Assembly: GCA_963666565.1 (NCBI GenBank)
Contig: OY762911.1
Location: forward strand, 2,912,001-2,976,000
DNA from: Thermoanaerobaculia bacterium
Lineage (GTDB): Bacteria > Acidobacteriota > Thermoanaerobaculia > Multivoradales > Multivoraceae
DNA length: 64,000 bases
Direction of reading: 5' to 3'
A program made the position numbers and the translations under genes. This document shows positions 37,701 to 44,997 of the stretch, piece by piece. The first letter of the stretch is position 1. Every line of letters starts with the position of its first letter. The notes beneath the pieces were generated by a model. The model was given only the letters and a program-made list of their open reading frames with translations. It was not told the DNA's origin and did no database searches.

Positions 37701-38419
37701 TGGAACCGGTTCGTGCCCGACTTGACGATGACGTTCGTGGCGGAACCGACGTAGCGGCCGTACTCGGCCGACGATCCGCCGGCCTCCATGGAGACCTCGG
37801 TCAGGGCAGTCGTCGGCACCCGGACCCGGCTGCCGCCGAACTTGGCGAACGTCGTGTCGACGCCGTCGATGAACACGCCCTGGTCGGCGAAGTGCGCGCC
37901 GTTGACCGAGGGACGGGTCTGCTGGATGTCGTCGTTCTCCGCGTCGGCGGTGACGCCGGGCAGAGCGTTGATGATGCCGTAGTAGGTGCGGGTGACGCCG
38001 CCGATCTGCTCGCCGATCTCGCCGGAAACCGTGGCGCCGGCGGAGACGTTGAACTTGTCGACCATCGGCGTCTCGCCGGTGACGGTGACCTCGCCCTCGA
38101 TCGCAGCCTGCAGCGTGAGGTCGAGGGATGTGCGGTCGCCGGCCACCGCGCGCACCTGGGCCGCGGCTTCGCCGAGGCCCTCCAGCGAGGCGGTCAGGCT
38201 GTAGTCGCCGGGGGTCACGCCGACGAAGCGGTAGGCGCCGTTCTCGTCGGTGATGCCGAACTTGTCCCCGCGCTCGCCGCTCAGCGTGACGCTCACGCCG
38301 GGCAGGGGCGATCCGCCGGGATCCACGATCCGGCCGCTGATCGTCGCCGTCTCGGGCGCGTCGGCAAGGGCGCCGACGGGCAGGAGCAGCAGCAACGCGG
38401 CCACCAAGAGTCGTTTCAT
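34769..38419 (-). CDS. TonB-dependent receptor 3 (paralog)
   Basis: MKRLL start by homology, GGAGG RBS; colinear with TBDR-1 and -2; ends LRFRF. Confidence 0.9.
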   Translation of the reverse strand: MKRLLVAALLLLLPVGALADAPETATISGRIVDPGGSPLPGVSVTLSGERGDKFGITDENGAYRFVGVTPGDYSLTASLEGLGEAAAQVRAVAGDRTSLDLTLQAAIEGEVTVTGETPMVDKFNVSAGATVSGEIGEQIGGVTRTYYGIINALPGVTADAENDDIQQTRPSVNGAHFADQGVFIDGVDTTFAKFGGSRVRVPTTALTEVSMEAGGSSAEYGRYVGSATNVIVKSGTNRFHADTLWNHQRIDWGADYKDQPSLTERTNKPYPADWFKRCHGDDRDQGRGLIPGGTDGSRELEPCRPGGSEWAGASDGFEVSLGGPIARDKFWFYTGYSEFDDAYSERLVGGDPYDISLFDDTRIMKLNLQANNAHSFNASWIETPTFRNYFNPQSFDYWTPTPHENDSDLLTGNWNWAISSNWFLEAKLAQQETQENKFLGCHNTLAQENPDVLSVDGQPILDWLGLSHLPEVPAEMVTTCLQAKALDRGPEAGHSELNTSGGDTNWPLRFPFDPSKGFFWPGNNYKVYVDGENLGAWHNGWILSDGFGFNAFPREQANVGLTQFVGANHELKYGIDYQDTKWEGENARTSFMNGWGYDSYNPFGYGGAGTLVDDSCGLGWARPTTTSPDNPYTPIPGFIPPQTTRSRGCTYVDYNSPKLTCQGPVGEELTPVEITKVNGQIHRTDFNDRTSCIGRGTGDAEMKDTAFYLRDRFTIGDHWTFNLGVRAEIQEGWNDIRRKVVDSTYADPRVNITYDVKGDGRLLLTANWGQYHAMLNQAWISGGGDTAGGMHDQWNGYEGYEVWLFCDPVEAAVWCLVPDRNDTRATGTVGARLPGYNFAWSTLVPGLMWDAVRPCQDGEMSAIDCEIWDHDIDPYYRDDLILGLEWQFAPNWALDVKYIDWKMQDMMFSNTQYDHKGRNIFITGNYHDLAQIVTNTADAREAKGLPRNLNDEALASADPAKNSYRGLQIQLNRRFADGWALYNNVSWSETDTTGAGAWWNNTNSSYLENLSVVLEQQHIDECNANQAIPDRRTGRTELFPVDCDQALSQWLGYPVSMINRRGLNGAYDRTWIYNSFGFKTWRLGNQDLTLSGHLSFQTGTPWVRSEGTRIDLDDSATVNRNPNDPKPGTPNRDVGFNLHAPGTQGRFTSDEYTLNLSGAWGFPMGYRDVRGEVRVEVLNATNQQRRRSWGGDGQVYPVRRFFQRPRQVRASLRFRF

Positions 38420-38472
38420 CGAGTCCTCCATCGCCGACGGTTCGCGTCGGCCGTGTTGAAAGAAAGCGGCGA

Positions 38473-38501
38473 ATCCTCGCGGAGTAAGGGCGCGATGTCA
38501 A
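38473..38501 (-). promoter_or_regulatory. Sigma70-like promoter of TBDR-3
   Basis: TTGACA-17nt-GAGGAT. Confidence 0.5.
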
Positions 38502-38535
38502 ATCCCGCCCCGCCGGGGCGTGCAAGGCGCTCTCC

Positions 38536-38553
38536 GATTCAACCTGTTGGTTC
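38536..38553. promoter_or_regulatory. Palindromic operator, copy 3
   Basis: GATTCA-ACCTGT-TGGTTC (2 mismatches to GATCCA-N6-TGGATC). Confidence 0.6.
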
Positions 38554-38606
38554 GGCGTTCAGCGTCTTGGAGCGCCAGCGTCGGTTCCGGCAAGGTCGCT
38601 TGACGC

Positions 38607-41036
38607 TCAGGGCCGCGGGCGGACCGGGGCCAGTTCGCCTCGCCCCTCGACGAGCCGGTAGAGGCTGTCCGGCTGGACGCTGGCGAAGCTCTCGGTCCGG
38701 TCGCTCGCGGGCCAGTAGACCGCGACCCTCTCGACGGCTTCTGGCTGGCCGAGCCCGATCGTCTGGCGCAGCGGGTTGCCGCCGAAACTGCCGCCGCCGT
38801 TGACGCGGCGGTGGATGCTGCGCCGGGCGCCGTCCGGGTCAAGGACGTCGACCCGGATGCGGGCGCCGATCGCCGAGCGGTTGCTCACCGTCCCCATCAG
38901 GCGGAGCGCCAGCCAGCGGTTGCCGAAGCCCGGGTTGCGGAAAAGGGCGTCGCCGAAGCGGTCGCCGGGGAAGGCCCCGCCCATCTGCTCGAACACGTCC
39001 AGGTCGCCGTCGCCGTCGAGATCGGCGAAGGCGACCGCGTGGCCCTTCTGCAGGTGGCCGAAGCCGGCGGCGAGGCTGACGTCGACGAACCGGCGGCCCG
39101 CCAGGTTCCGGTAGAGGACGTTCGGCATGATCGCCTCGTAGTCGGGATAGCCGGTGCCGAGGTAGAAGTCGAGGTAGCCGTCGAAGTCGAGGTCGCCGAA
39201 GTTCGAGCCCATCGGAAGCTGCAGGCGGGTGAGCCCGCTCTTCACGGCAACGTCCTCGAAGCCGCCCTTGCCGTCGCCCCGGTAGAGCCTGGCGAGTTCC
39301 CATGGACCCGGAAAGCCCTGGTAGCTGGCGGCGACGAAGCCGAGGCCGCCGCGGTCGCCGGTGTAGCTGGAGACGAATAGGTCCAGGTTGCCGTCGTTGT
39401 CGAAGTCCCAGAACCAGGCCGGGAAGCTCTGGCGGGGTCCGGCGACGCCGAGCCGGGGCGCTGTGTCCTCGAAGCTGCCGTCGCCGCGGTTGCGGAACAG
39501 GCGGTTGGGGCCGCCGAGCACGGAGAGGTAGAGGTCGGGAAAGCGGTCGTTGTCGTAGTCGCCCCAGACGGCTGCCTTGACGAAGGCGCGGGTGGCGACG
39601 CCGGCTTCCGCCGCGACATCCCGAAAGCGGACGACGCCGTCCTCGCCCTGGCCCTCGTTGCGGAAGAGTTGCGACGGCGCGTCGACCGCCGGGCCGTGCT
39701 CGTTGCCGACGAAGAGGTCGAGGTCGCCGTCGTTGTCGTAGTCGGCCCAGGCGGCGGTCTGCGTGGGGTAGTGGGTCTCGCCGAGGCCGGAGAGGAACGT
39801 GACGTCCCGGAAGACCGGCGGCCCCGGCTCGCCGCCGTCGGCCGACTGGTTCAGCAGAAGCGAGTTCGGGTGGCGGCCGTGCGGGCCGAACCAGGCGCCG
39901 CGCAGCACGAAGAGGTCGAGGTCGCCGTCGTTGTCGGCGTCGCCGTGGACGACGTTCAGGCCGCCGTAGAGCCCATCGAGGCCGGCCGCGGCAGAGAAGT
40001 CGGTGAAGGTGCCTGTGCCGTCGTTAAGGAAGAGCCGGGGCGAGACCGCGGGATCGAAGGTCGTGGTGAAGATGTCGAGGTCGAAGTCGCCGTCGAAGTC
40101 GTCGACGACGGCGCCGCCGGAGAGGTTGAAGCTGTCGATCCCGAGCTCGGGCGCGACGTTGACGAAGCGCGGGAACTCGGCCGCCGAACCGAAGGCCGCG
40201 AGCGGCAGCCGGTGATCCGGTTCGACCGCCGCCGGGTGGTCGCCCAAGGTCATGTGGGCCAGGTTCAGCAGCCACTTCGCCTTGACCTGCTGCACGGAGT
40301 TCGGCGGTACGGCCGCGAGGTACTCGCGGAGGAAGCGCGCCGCCTGCTCGGAGCCCTCACGTTCGCTGTGAACGGCATCGCCGCGGATCGGCAGGATGCA
40401 CGCGTTGGCCCCCCCTGGCGACCCGTGCAGCCCGGCGCAGTTGCGGCTTTCGCCGTAGCGCAGCCAGGCGACGGCGATCCGGAACAGGGTCTCGGTCTCG
40501 TCGCCGAGCGTCGCGGGCGATGCGGACGTGAGTTCGTACGCTTCGCCGAAACGCTCCAGCGCGGCCGGCTCGTCGCCGAGGCGGAGTTCCTCCTCGGCCA
40601 GGTCGACGAGGAGGCGGAACCGCGTGGCGGCGGGGGCATCGGCGGCCGCGGCGAGCGCTTCGCGCGCGGCTTGGGCCGGGGCCTCGCCCAGCCAGGGGTT
40701 GCGGTCGAGGTCTTGGGTGCGGATCGTCTCCAGCGTCTCGACCATCCGGGCGTGGCTCGCGTCGATGGAGGCTGGCCGGACGGGAGGTTCCTGGGCCGCG
40801 GTGGCTGGGGCCAGGAGCAGGGCAGTCAGGAACCACCATGAGCGGAGGCAAGGCCGTGTCGGCGCCGGCCTGGCGGCCGGCCCGGTTTCCTGGCCGCCTT
40901 CGGCGGCAGCGGGTCGGCACCCTGGTGGCGCGTCACCGCGCCACCAGCGTCCCAGTCCGTGCGCCCGTCCTCGGGCGCACGGATGGCAGACCCGCGCACC
41001 CGGCGAAGCCTCGGCAAGTCGGCGGGCAGCCAGCAC
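38607..41036 (-). CDS. CRTAC1 family protein with helical/TPR-like N-terminal region, FG-GAP repeats and ASPIC/UnbV domain
   Basis: GESRNC...CILPI; KWLLNLAHMTLG; DYDNDGDLDL repeats; GHLQKGHAVAF; GGSFGGNPLRQTIGLG; GTG 41036 is the only in-frame start between the upstream stop and the signal peptide. Confidence 0.85.
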   Translation of the reverse strand: MLAARRLAEASPGARVCHPCARGRAHGLGRWWRGDAPPGCRPAAAEGGQETGPAARPAPTRPCLRSWWFLTALLLAPATAAQEPPVRPASIDASHARMVETLETIRTQDLDRNPWLGEAPAQAAREALAAAADAPAATRFRLLVDLAEEELRLGDEPAALERFGEAYELTSASPATLGDETETLFRIAVAWLRYGESRNCAGLHGSPGGANACILPIRGDAVHSEREGSEQAARFLREYLAAVPPNSVQQVKAKWLLNLAHMTLGDHPAAVEPDHRLPLAAFGSAAEFPRFVNVAPELGIDSFNLSGGAVVDDFDGDFDLDIFTTTFDPAVSPRLFLNDGTGTFTDFSAAAGLDGLYGGLNVVHGDADNDGDLDLFVLRGAWFGPHGRHPNSLLLNQSADGGEPGPPVFRDVTFLSGLGETHYPTQTAAWADYDNDGDLDLFVGNEHGPAVDAPSQLFRNEGQGEDGVVRFRDVAAEAGVATRAFVKAAVWGDYDNDRFPDLYLSVLGGPNRLFRNRGDGSFEDTAPRLGVAGPRQSFPAWFWDFDNDGNLDLFVSSYTGDRGGLGFVAASYQGFPGPWELARLYRGDGKGGFEDVAVKSGLTRLQLPMGSNFGDLDFDGYLDFYLGTGYPDYEAIMPNVLYRNLAGRRFVDVSLAAGFGHLQKGHAVAFADLDGDGDLDVFEQMGGAFPGDRFGDALFRNPGFGNRWLALRLMGTVSNRSAIGARIRVDVLDPDGARRSIHRRVNGGGSFGGNPLRQTIGLGQPEAVERVAVYWPASDRTESFASVQPDSLYRLVEGRGELAPVRPRP
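40892..41003. repeat. Family-A REP with a 69-bp family-B double-hairpin module in its loop
   Basis: GCGGGTC-GGCA-[CCCTGGTGGCGCG..CGCGCCACC..TCCGTGCGCCCG..CGGGCGCACGGAT]-GGCA-GACCCGCGCACCC. Confidence 0.8.
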
Positions 41037-41041
41037 GGCGG

Positions 41042-42889
41042 CTACTTCGGGCCGATGTTTCCCGTGGACGTCAGCACGGTCCCTGTCAGCGGATCGTAGA
41101 CGGCGATGACGTAGGTGTGTTCGCGCCGGCGAAGCTGCAGGTCCGTCTGGTAGTAGAAAACCTGGCCGGGGCTCGGTCTGGCGGGGCCGGCGATCCGGAC
41201 CTTCTCGACCGACATGTCGGCGCGGGCGCCGGTCATGTCCATCGCCGTGACGCGCACCTCGATTTCGGTGAGCCACTCGCCGGCCACGGGCAGAAGCTGG
41301 ATCTCGTCGAGCGGGATGGCGACCTCCACGGGGACCGAGATCCGGCCGCGTCGGCGGCCGCGGCCGCGTACCGGGTCGGAAAAACTCACCTCGAGGGGCC
41401 GGACGCCGGGCTGGCCCCCGAACAGCATGGCCGCCTCGACCGTCATGTCGACTTCGCGGTCGCGCGACATGTCCACGTAGCCTTCGCGGGTCCGCACGCG
41501 AAGCTCGGGGCGCCCGGCCAGACGGACCTCGACGTCGTGGAACGCGTCGTCCTCGCGCCGCCTCGGCTCGAAGCCCAGCCAGTAGTACGAGCGGGTGTCC
41601 TCGACCGCCCCGGCCAGCGCCGCGTCGCGCTCGGCGTTCAGCAGCGGCACGCCGCCGGTGGCGCGGGCCAGCAACTGGAGTGTGCCGTGGAGCAGGTCTT
41701 CCCGGTTCGTCGACCCGGCGACGACGCCGAGGCTGTCGGGCGTCGCGTCCGGCCCCAGCGCCCGCGAGGCGTCGCCCGCGAACTCCGCGCTCATGGCCGG
41801 CACGTCCACCGGATAGAGCGAGTAGCCGATCAGGTTCGCCGCCGAGACGAGCGGACCGTAGAGCTCGTCTTCCGAGGCCAGGAACCCGTCGGCCACGGCG
41901 GCGGCGTTGACGGTGTTCTCGCTCGCGTCCGCCACGGTATAGAGCGCCGGCGACCGCGGCCAGCCTCCCGCCAGCAGCAGCATGACCTTGCGGCCCGCGG
42001 GGTTGGAGAAGCTGCGCATGCTCGCCACCGCGGCCAGCACGGAGCGGCGCAACCGCTCCTCCATGCTCCTCGCGAACCGGCGCTCGAGGCCGGAGAGGGA
42101 CGAGCCCAGCACGTCCTGCGCGCTGCCGGTGTCCTCGGGGAGCATCGCGTCCGCCTCCCTCAGCCCGGCGCCGGGATCGGCGAATCCGGCCGGCACGGCG
42201 TCCGCCGGGCCGGCGATCTCCTCCGGCCTCAGCCGATCGCCCGAGAAAGCCTGGTCGGCGACGGCCTCCAGGACGGCCTCGGCTTCCCGGTCGCCGGCCA
42301 GGATCGTCCGTTCGCCGAGTCGCTGCCAGCCGTAGCTCGGCCGCTCGCGGGCGCGGGCGAGCGCGTCGGCCAGCCGGCCCGGCGCCGCGGTCCAGCCGGT
42401 CAGGGTGTCGATGCTCCGGCCGTCGAAGGCGACGGCGGCCATCCGGTCCGCAGGGTGGAGGCGCGACAGGTCCGCCTCCAGGCGGTCGAGCACCCGGTTC
42501 CGGTCGCGCTCCATGGCGAACACGTCGTCGACGAAGACGAGGAAGTTCGTGCCCACCGGCGTGTTCGGGTCCAGGCTCGGCACGCCGGCCACCGCTGCGC
42601 CGGCGCCGGCTCTGGCGATGCTCTCGTCGATCTCGGTGAAGTAGCTGATCGGCATCGGCTCGCCGTCCACCAGGAGCTCGAACTCCGCCGCCTCCAGCCC
42701 GTGGACCCGGTTTCCGTCTCCGTCGGTGACGACGACCTCGATGTTGACCACCCGGACATCGATCGTCTCCGTGAACACGGCCGGCAGTTCGCTCTGCTGG
42801 GCCGCGGCAGGGGCCGGGATCGCCGCGGCGAGCAGAGGAAGCGCCGCGACGATGCGGGCGGCGTGGACGGGACTGAGGAGGGTTGTCAT
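41042..42889 (-). CDS. Secreted acidobacterial-type VWA-related protein
   Basis: Signal peptide; FTETIDVRVVNIEVVVTD; GRKVMLLLAGG; LARATGG; SYYWLGF; VRTREGY. Confidence 0.85.
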   Translation of the reverse strand: MTTLLSPVHAARIVAALPLLAAAIPAPAAAQQSELPAVFTETIDVRVVNIEVVVTDGDGNRVHGLEAAEFELLVDGEPMPISYFTEIDESIARAGAGAAVAGVPSLDPNTPVGTNFLVFVDDVFAMERDRNRVLDRLEADLSRLHPADRMAAVAFDGRSIDTLTGWTAAPGRLADALARARERPSYGWQRLGERTILAGDREAEAVLEAVADQAFSGDRLRPEEIAGPADAVPAGFADPGAGLREADAMLPEDTGSAQDVLGSSLSGLERRFARSMEERLRRSVLAAVASMRSFSNPAGRKVMLLLAGGWPRSPALYTVADASENTVNAAAVADGFLASEDELYGPLVSAANLIGYSLYPVDVPAMSAEFAGDASRALGPDATPDSLGVVAGSTNREDLLHGTLQLLARATGGVPLLNAERDAALAGAVEDTRSYYWLGFEPRRREDDAFHDVEVRLAGRPELRVRTREGYVDMSRDREVDMTVEAAMLFGGQPGVRPLEVSFSDPVRGRGRRRGRISVPVEVAIPLDEIQLLPVAGEWLTEIEVRVTAMDMTGARADMSVEKVRIAGPARPSPGQVFYYQTDLQLRRREHTYVIAVYDPLTGTVLTSTGNIGPK

Positions 42890-42977
42890 GTCTTGGGGTG
42901 GGACACGATAGCGCGGGGCGGTTGGGTGACGAAGTCGCCGCCGCTTCGCGCTGCGTTCATGGCCGCCGGCGGCGACA

Positions 42978-43072
42978 GCCGGCGCGAACCTGAGTGGCGC
43001 CTGGGGGGCCACCCACGAACCAGTCCGTGCGCTCGCCAGTCGGTCGCGCGGATGGCGCTCCGGCGGGCCCGG
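42978..43072. repeat. Family-B repeat, degenerate
   Basis: GTGGCGC..GGCCACC..CCAGTCCGTGCGC..GCGCGGATGG inside a GCCGG..CCGGC stem. Confidence 0.65.
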
Positions 43073-43116
43073 TGCGGAGCGTTCACGGCCCGCATGCTCG
43101 TCGGTCTCAGGCGAAG

Positions 43117-44997
43117 CTAACGGGCGCCGCCGGGAGCGCGGAGGGGTTGCCTCGCCCGGTAGAGGCGAAGGCGGTCGAGCCGTTGCGGCGAGTTGCCGCC
43201 GGCGGTCTCGCGCTCGCGGTCGAGGGCCCGCTGTTGCCAGGAGACGGCTTCGTCGAAGCGGCCGGCCTCGGCCATCGCCATCGCGAGCGTTTCGAGGTGG
43301 TCGACGGCCGGTTGCTCGTCGACGACGGAGCGGGCGAGTTCCACGGCGCGTTCGCCGTCGCGCGCCGCTGCGTCGGAGCTGGTGGCGAGCAGCCGGGCGA
43401 GCAGGTGGCGGACGGCGAGGTCGCCTGGGAAACGTTCGAGCGCCGTCTCCAGCGTCTCGCGGGCGGCGGCGAACCGGCCGCTCTGGAACCGCGTCAGGCC
43501 GAGGTTGAAGTGGACGCGGAGGTCGTCCGGGGTCAGCGCGGCCAGGGCGGCGAGGTGCTCGGCGGCCCGGCCCGGCTCGCCGGCCTCCAGCAGCAGGGCG
43601 GCCAGCAGCCGGTGCGCCTCGATGGCGCCCGGGTCGAGCCGGACGATCTCCTCGAGTTCGGCGCGGGCGCCGGTGGCGTTGCCGGCGTCGGCCCGGGCCT
43701 GCGCCCGCATCAGCCGCCACTGGAGGTTCTCCGGGTCGAGGTCGGCGGCCCGCTCCAGGTGCAGCGCTCCCTCGGCGGTGCGGCCGGTGCGGCCGAGCAG
43801 GAGGGCGAGGTTGAAGTGCGCCGCGCCGTGGGCGGGATTCGCTGCGATCGCGTGCCGAAGGTGCTCCTCGGCGGCCGCCCGGTCGCCGCTCTCGATCAGG
43901 GAGCGGGCCAGATTGAAGTGGAGTTCCGGGTCGGCGTCGGCGTCGGCGTCGGCGTCGCCGTCGCCCTCGGCCAGGAGTTCCCGGTACAGGGCGACCGCCT
44001 CCTCGTTCCGGCCGGAGCGGGCGGCGCGCACCGCGCGGTCGAACCGGGCCTCGGTCTTCACGCCGTAGATCTGGAGCCGGTCCCGGAGAGGATCGGCGAT
44101 GGCGATCGGCACCTGCCGGTTGCGCGCGAGTTCGGCGCGGGCACGGGCGGCGTCTCCGCTCGCCCGCAGAGCCATGCCGAGGTGGTGGTGGACGACGCTG
44201 CCTTCCGGCTGCGAGGCGAGCACCGCCTCGAAGGCGGCGATCGCTTCCGCGGTGCGGCCCCGGTCCATCGCGACCCGGCCGAGGCCGAACCGCGCCGCGG
44301 CGCTCTCGGGCCGTGCGTCGAGCGCCCGCGCGTAGGCGGCTTCGGCGGCGTCCAGATCGCCTGCGTCGAGGTGAAGGTCGCCGGCGCGGATCAGGGTCGC
44401 CGTGTCGTCCGGGCGCAGCGCGAGGGCTGCGCGGGCTGCGAGCCGGGCGCGCTCCAGGTTGCCGGTGGCGTCGTGGAGCAGCAGCTCGTAGTAGGTCCAC
44501 TGGAAGTCGTTCGGCGCCAGCAGCCGGAGCTGCGCCAGGCAGACGGCGGCGGCGCCGTGAAGTTCGTGGTGGAGGTACTGCAGGCAGAGGTGGCCGAAGG
44601 AGTTGGCGGCGATCTGGGCTTCTTCGTCGGTGGCCGCGGCCTCCAGGGCGGCGCCGACGGCGGCGCGGCCGGCGGCGATCTGCTCGCGGGTCTCGGCGTC
44701 GAGGTGGTCGAGCGATGGGGCCGGCACGGCGTCGAGGGAGAGGAGGGCGCGGACCTTGCGGGCGTCGTCGGTGGGCTGCGGCGCCTGGGCGGCGGCCTGC
44801 GCGGCGCCGGCGAAGATGAGGCACAGGAAAAGGCCGCCCACTGGGTGCGCGGGTCCTCTGACCCGCTGCCGCCGAAGGCGGCCAGAAGAACGACGGCCGA
44901 AGGCCGACCTCTTTCTCCGGCCTGCACCGCTCTGCGGCGCCGGGCCGGAGGGCGGGTCAGAAGACCCGCGCACCCAGAGGAAGCGTAGTCGGGTCAA
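43117..44997 (-). CDS. Exported tetratricopeptide-repeat protein, paralog of 12929..14764
   Basis: TTGA overlap with the CRTAC1 stop; signal core GGLFLCLIFAGAAQA; many TPR units; ARDGERAVELA...AEAGRFDEAV. Confidence 0.85.
   Translation of the reverse strand: MTRLRFLWVRGSSDPPSGPAPQSGAGRRKRSAFGRRSSGRLRRQRVRGPAHPVGGLFLCLIFAGAAQAAAQAPQPTDDARKVRALLSLDAVPAPSLDHLDAETREQIAAGRAAVGAALEAAATDEEAQIAANSFGHLCLQYLHHELHGAAAVCLAQLRLLAPNDFQWTYYELLLHDATGNLERARLAARAALALRPDDTATLIRAGDLHLDAGDLDAAEAAYARALDARPESAAARFGLGRVAMDRGRTAEAIAAFEAVLASQPEGSVVHHHLGMALRASGDAARARAELARNRQVPIAIADPLRDRLQIYGVKTEARFDRAVRAARSGRNEEAVALYRELLAEGDGDADADADADPELHFNLARSLIESGDRAAAEEHLRHAIAANPAHGAAHFNLALLLGRTGRTAEGALHLERAADLDPENLQWRLMRAQARADAGNATGARAELEEIVRLDPGAIEAHRLLAALLLEAGEPGRAAEHLAALAALTPDDLRVHFNLGLTRFQSGRFAAARETLETALERFPGDLAVRHLLARLLATSSDAAARDGERAVELARSVVDEQPAVDHLETLAMAMAEAGRFDEAVSWQQRALDRERETAGGNSPQRLDRLRLYRARQPLRAPGGAR
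44841..44977. repeat. Family-A REP doublet within the 5' end of the TPR ORF
   Basis: CTGGGTGCGCGGGTCCTCTGACCCGC...GCGGGTCAGAAGACCCGCGCACCCAG. Confidence 0.9.

Noticed and set aside
16764-38419. Diversity-generating retroelement or invertase shufflon acting on the receptors
   Set aside because: No reverse transcriptase or recombinase in the window; differences include indels and are not adenine-specific; all copies are co-oriented with their own promoters
16764-38419. Gene-conversion mosaicism among the three receptors
   Set aside because: Pairwise sharing alternates (1+2, 1+3, 2+3), but with only three sequences lineage-specific changes give the same pattern; needs an outgroup and a recombination test
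43930-43965. (GGCGTC)n run encoding GDGDADADADAD
   Set aside because: Short in-frame hexamer in a TPR loop; cannot cause phase variation
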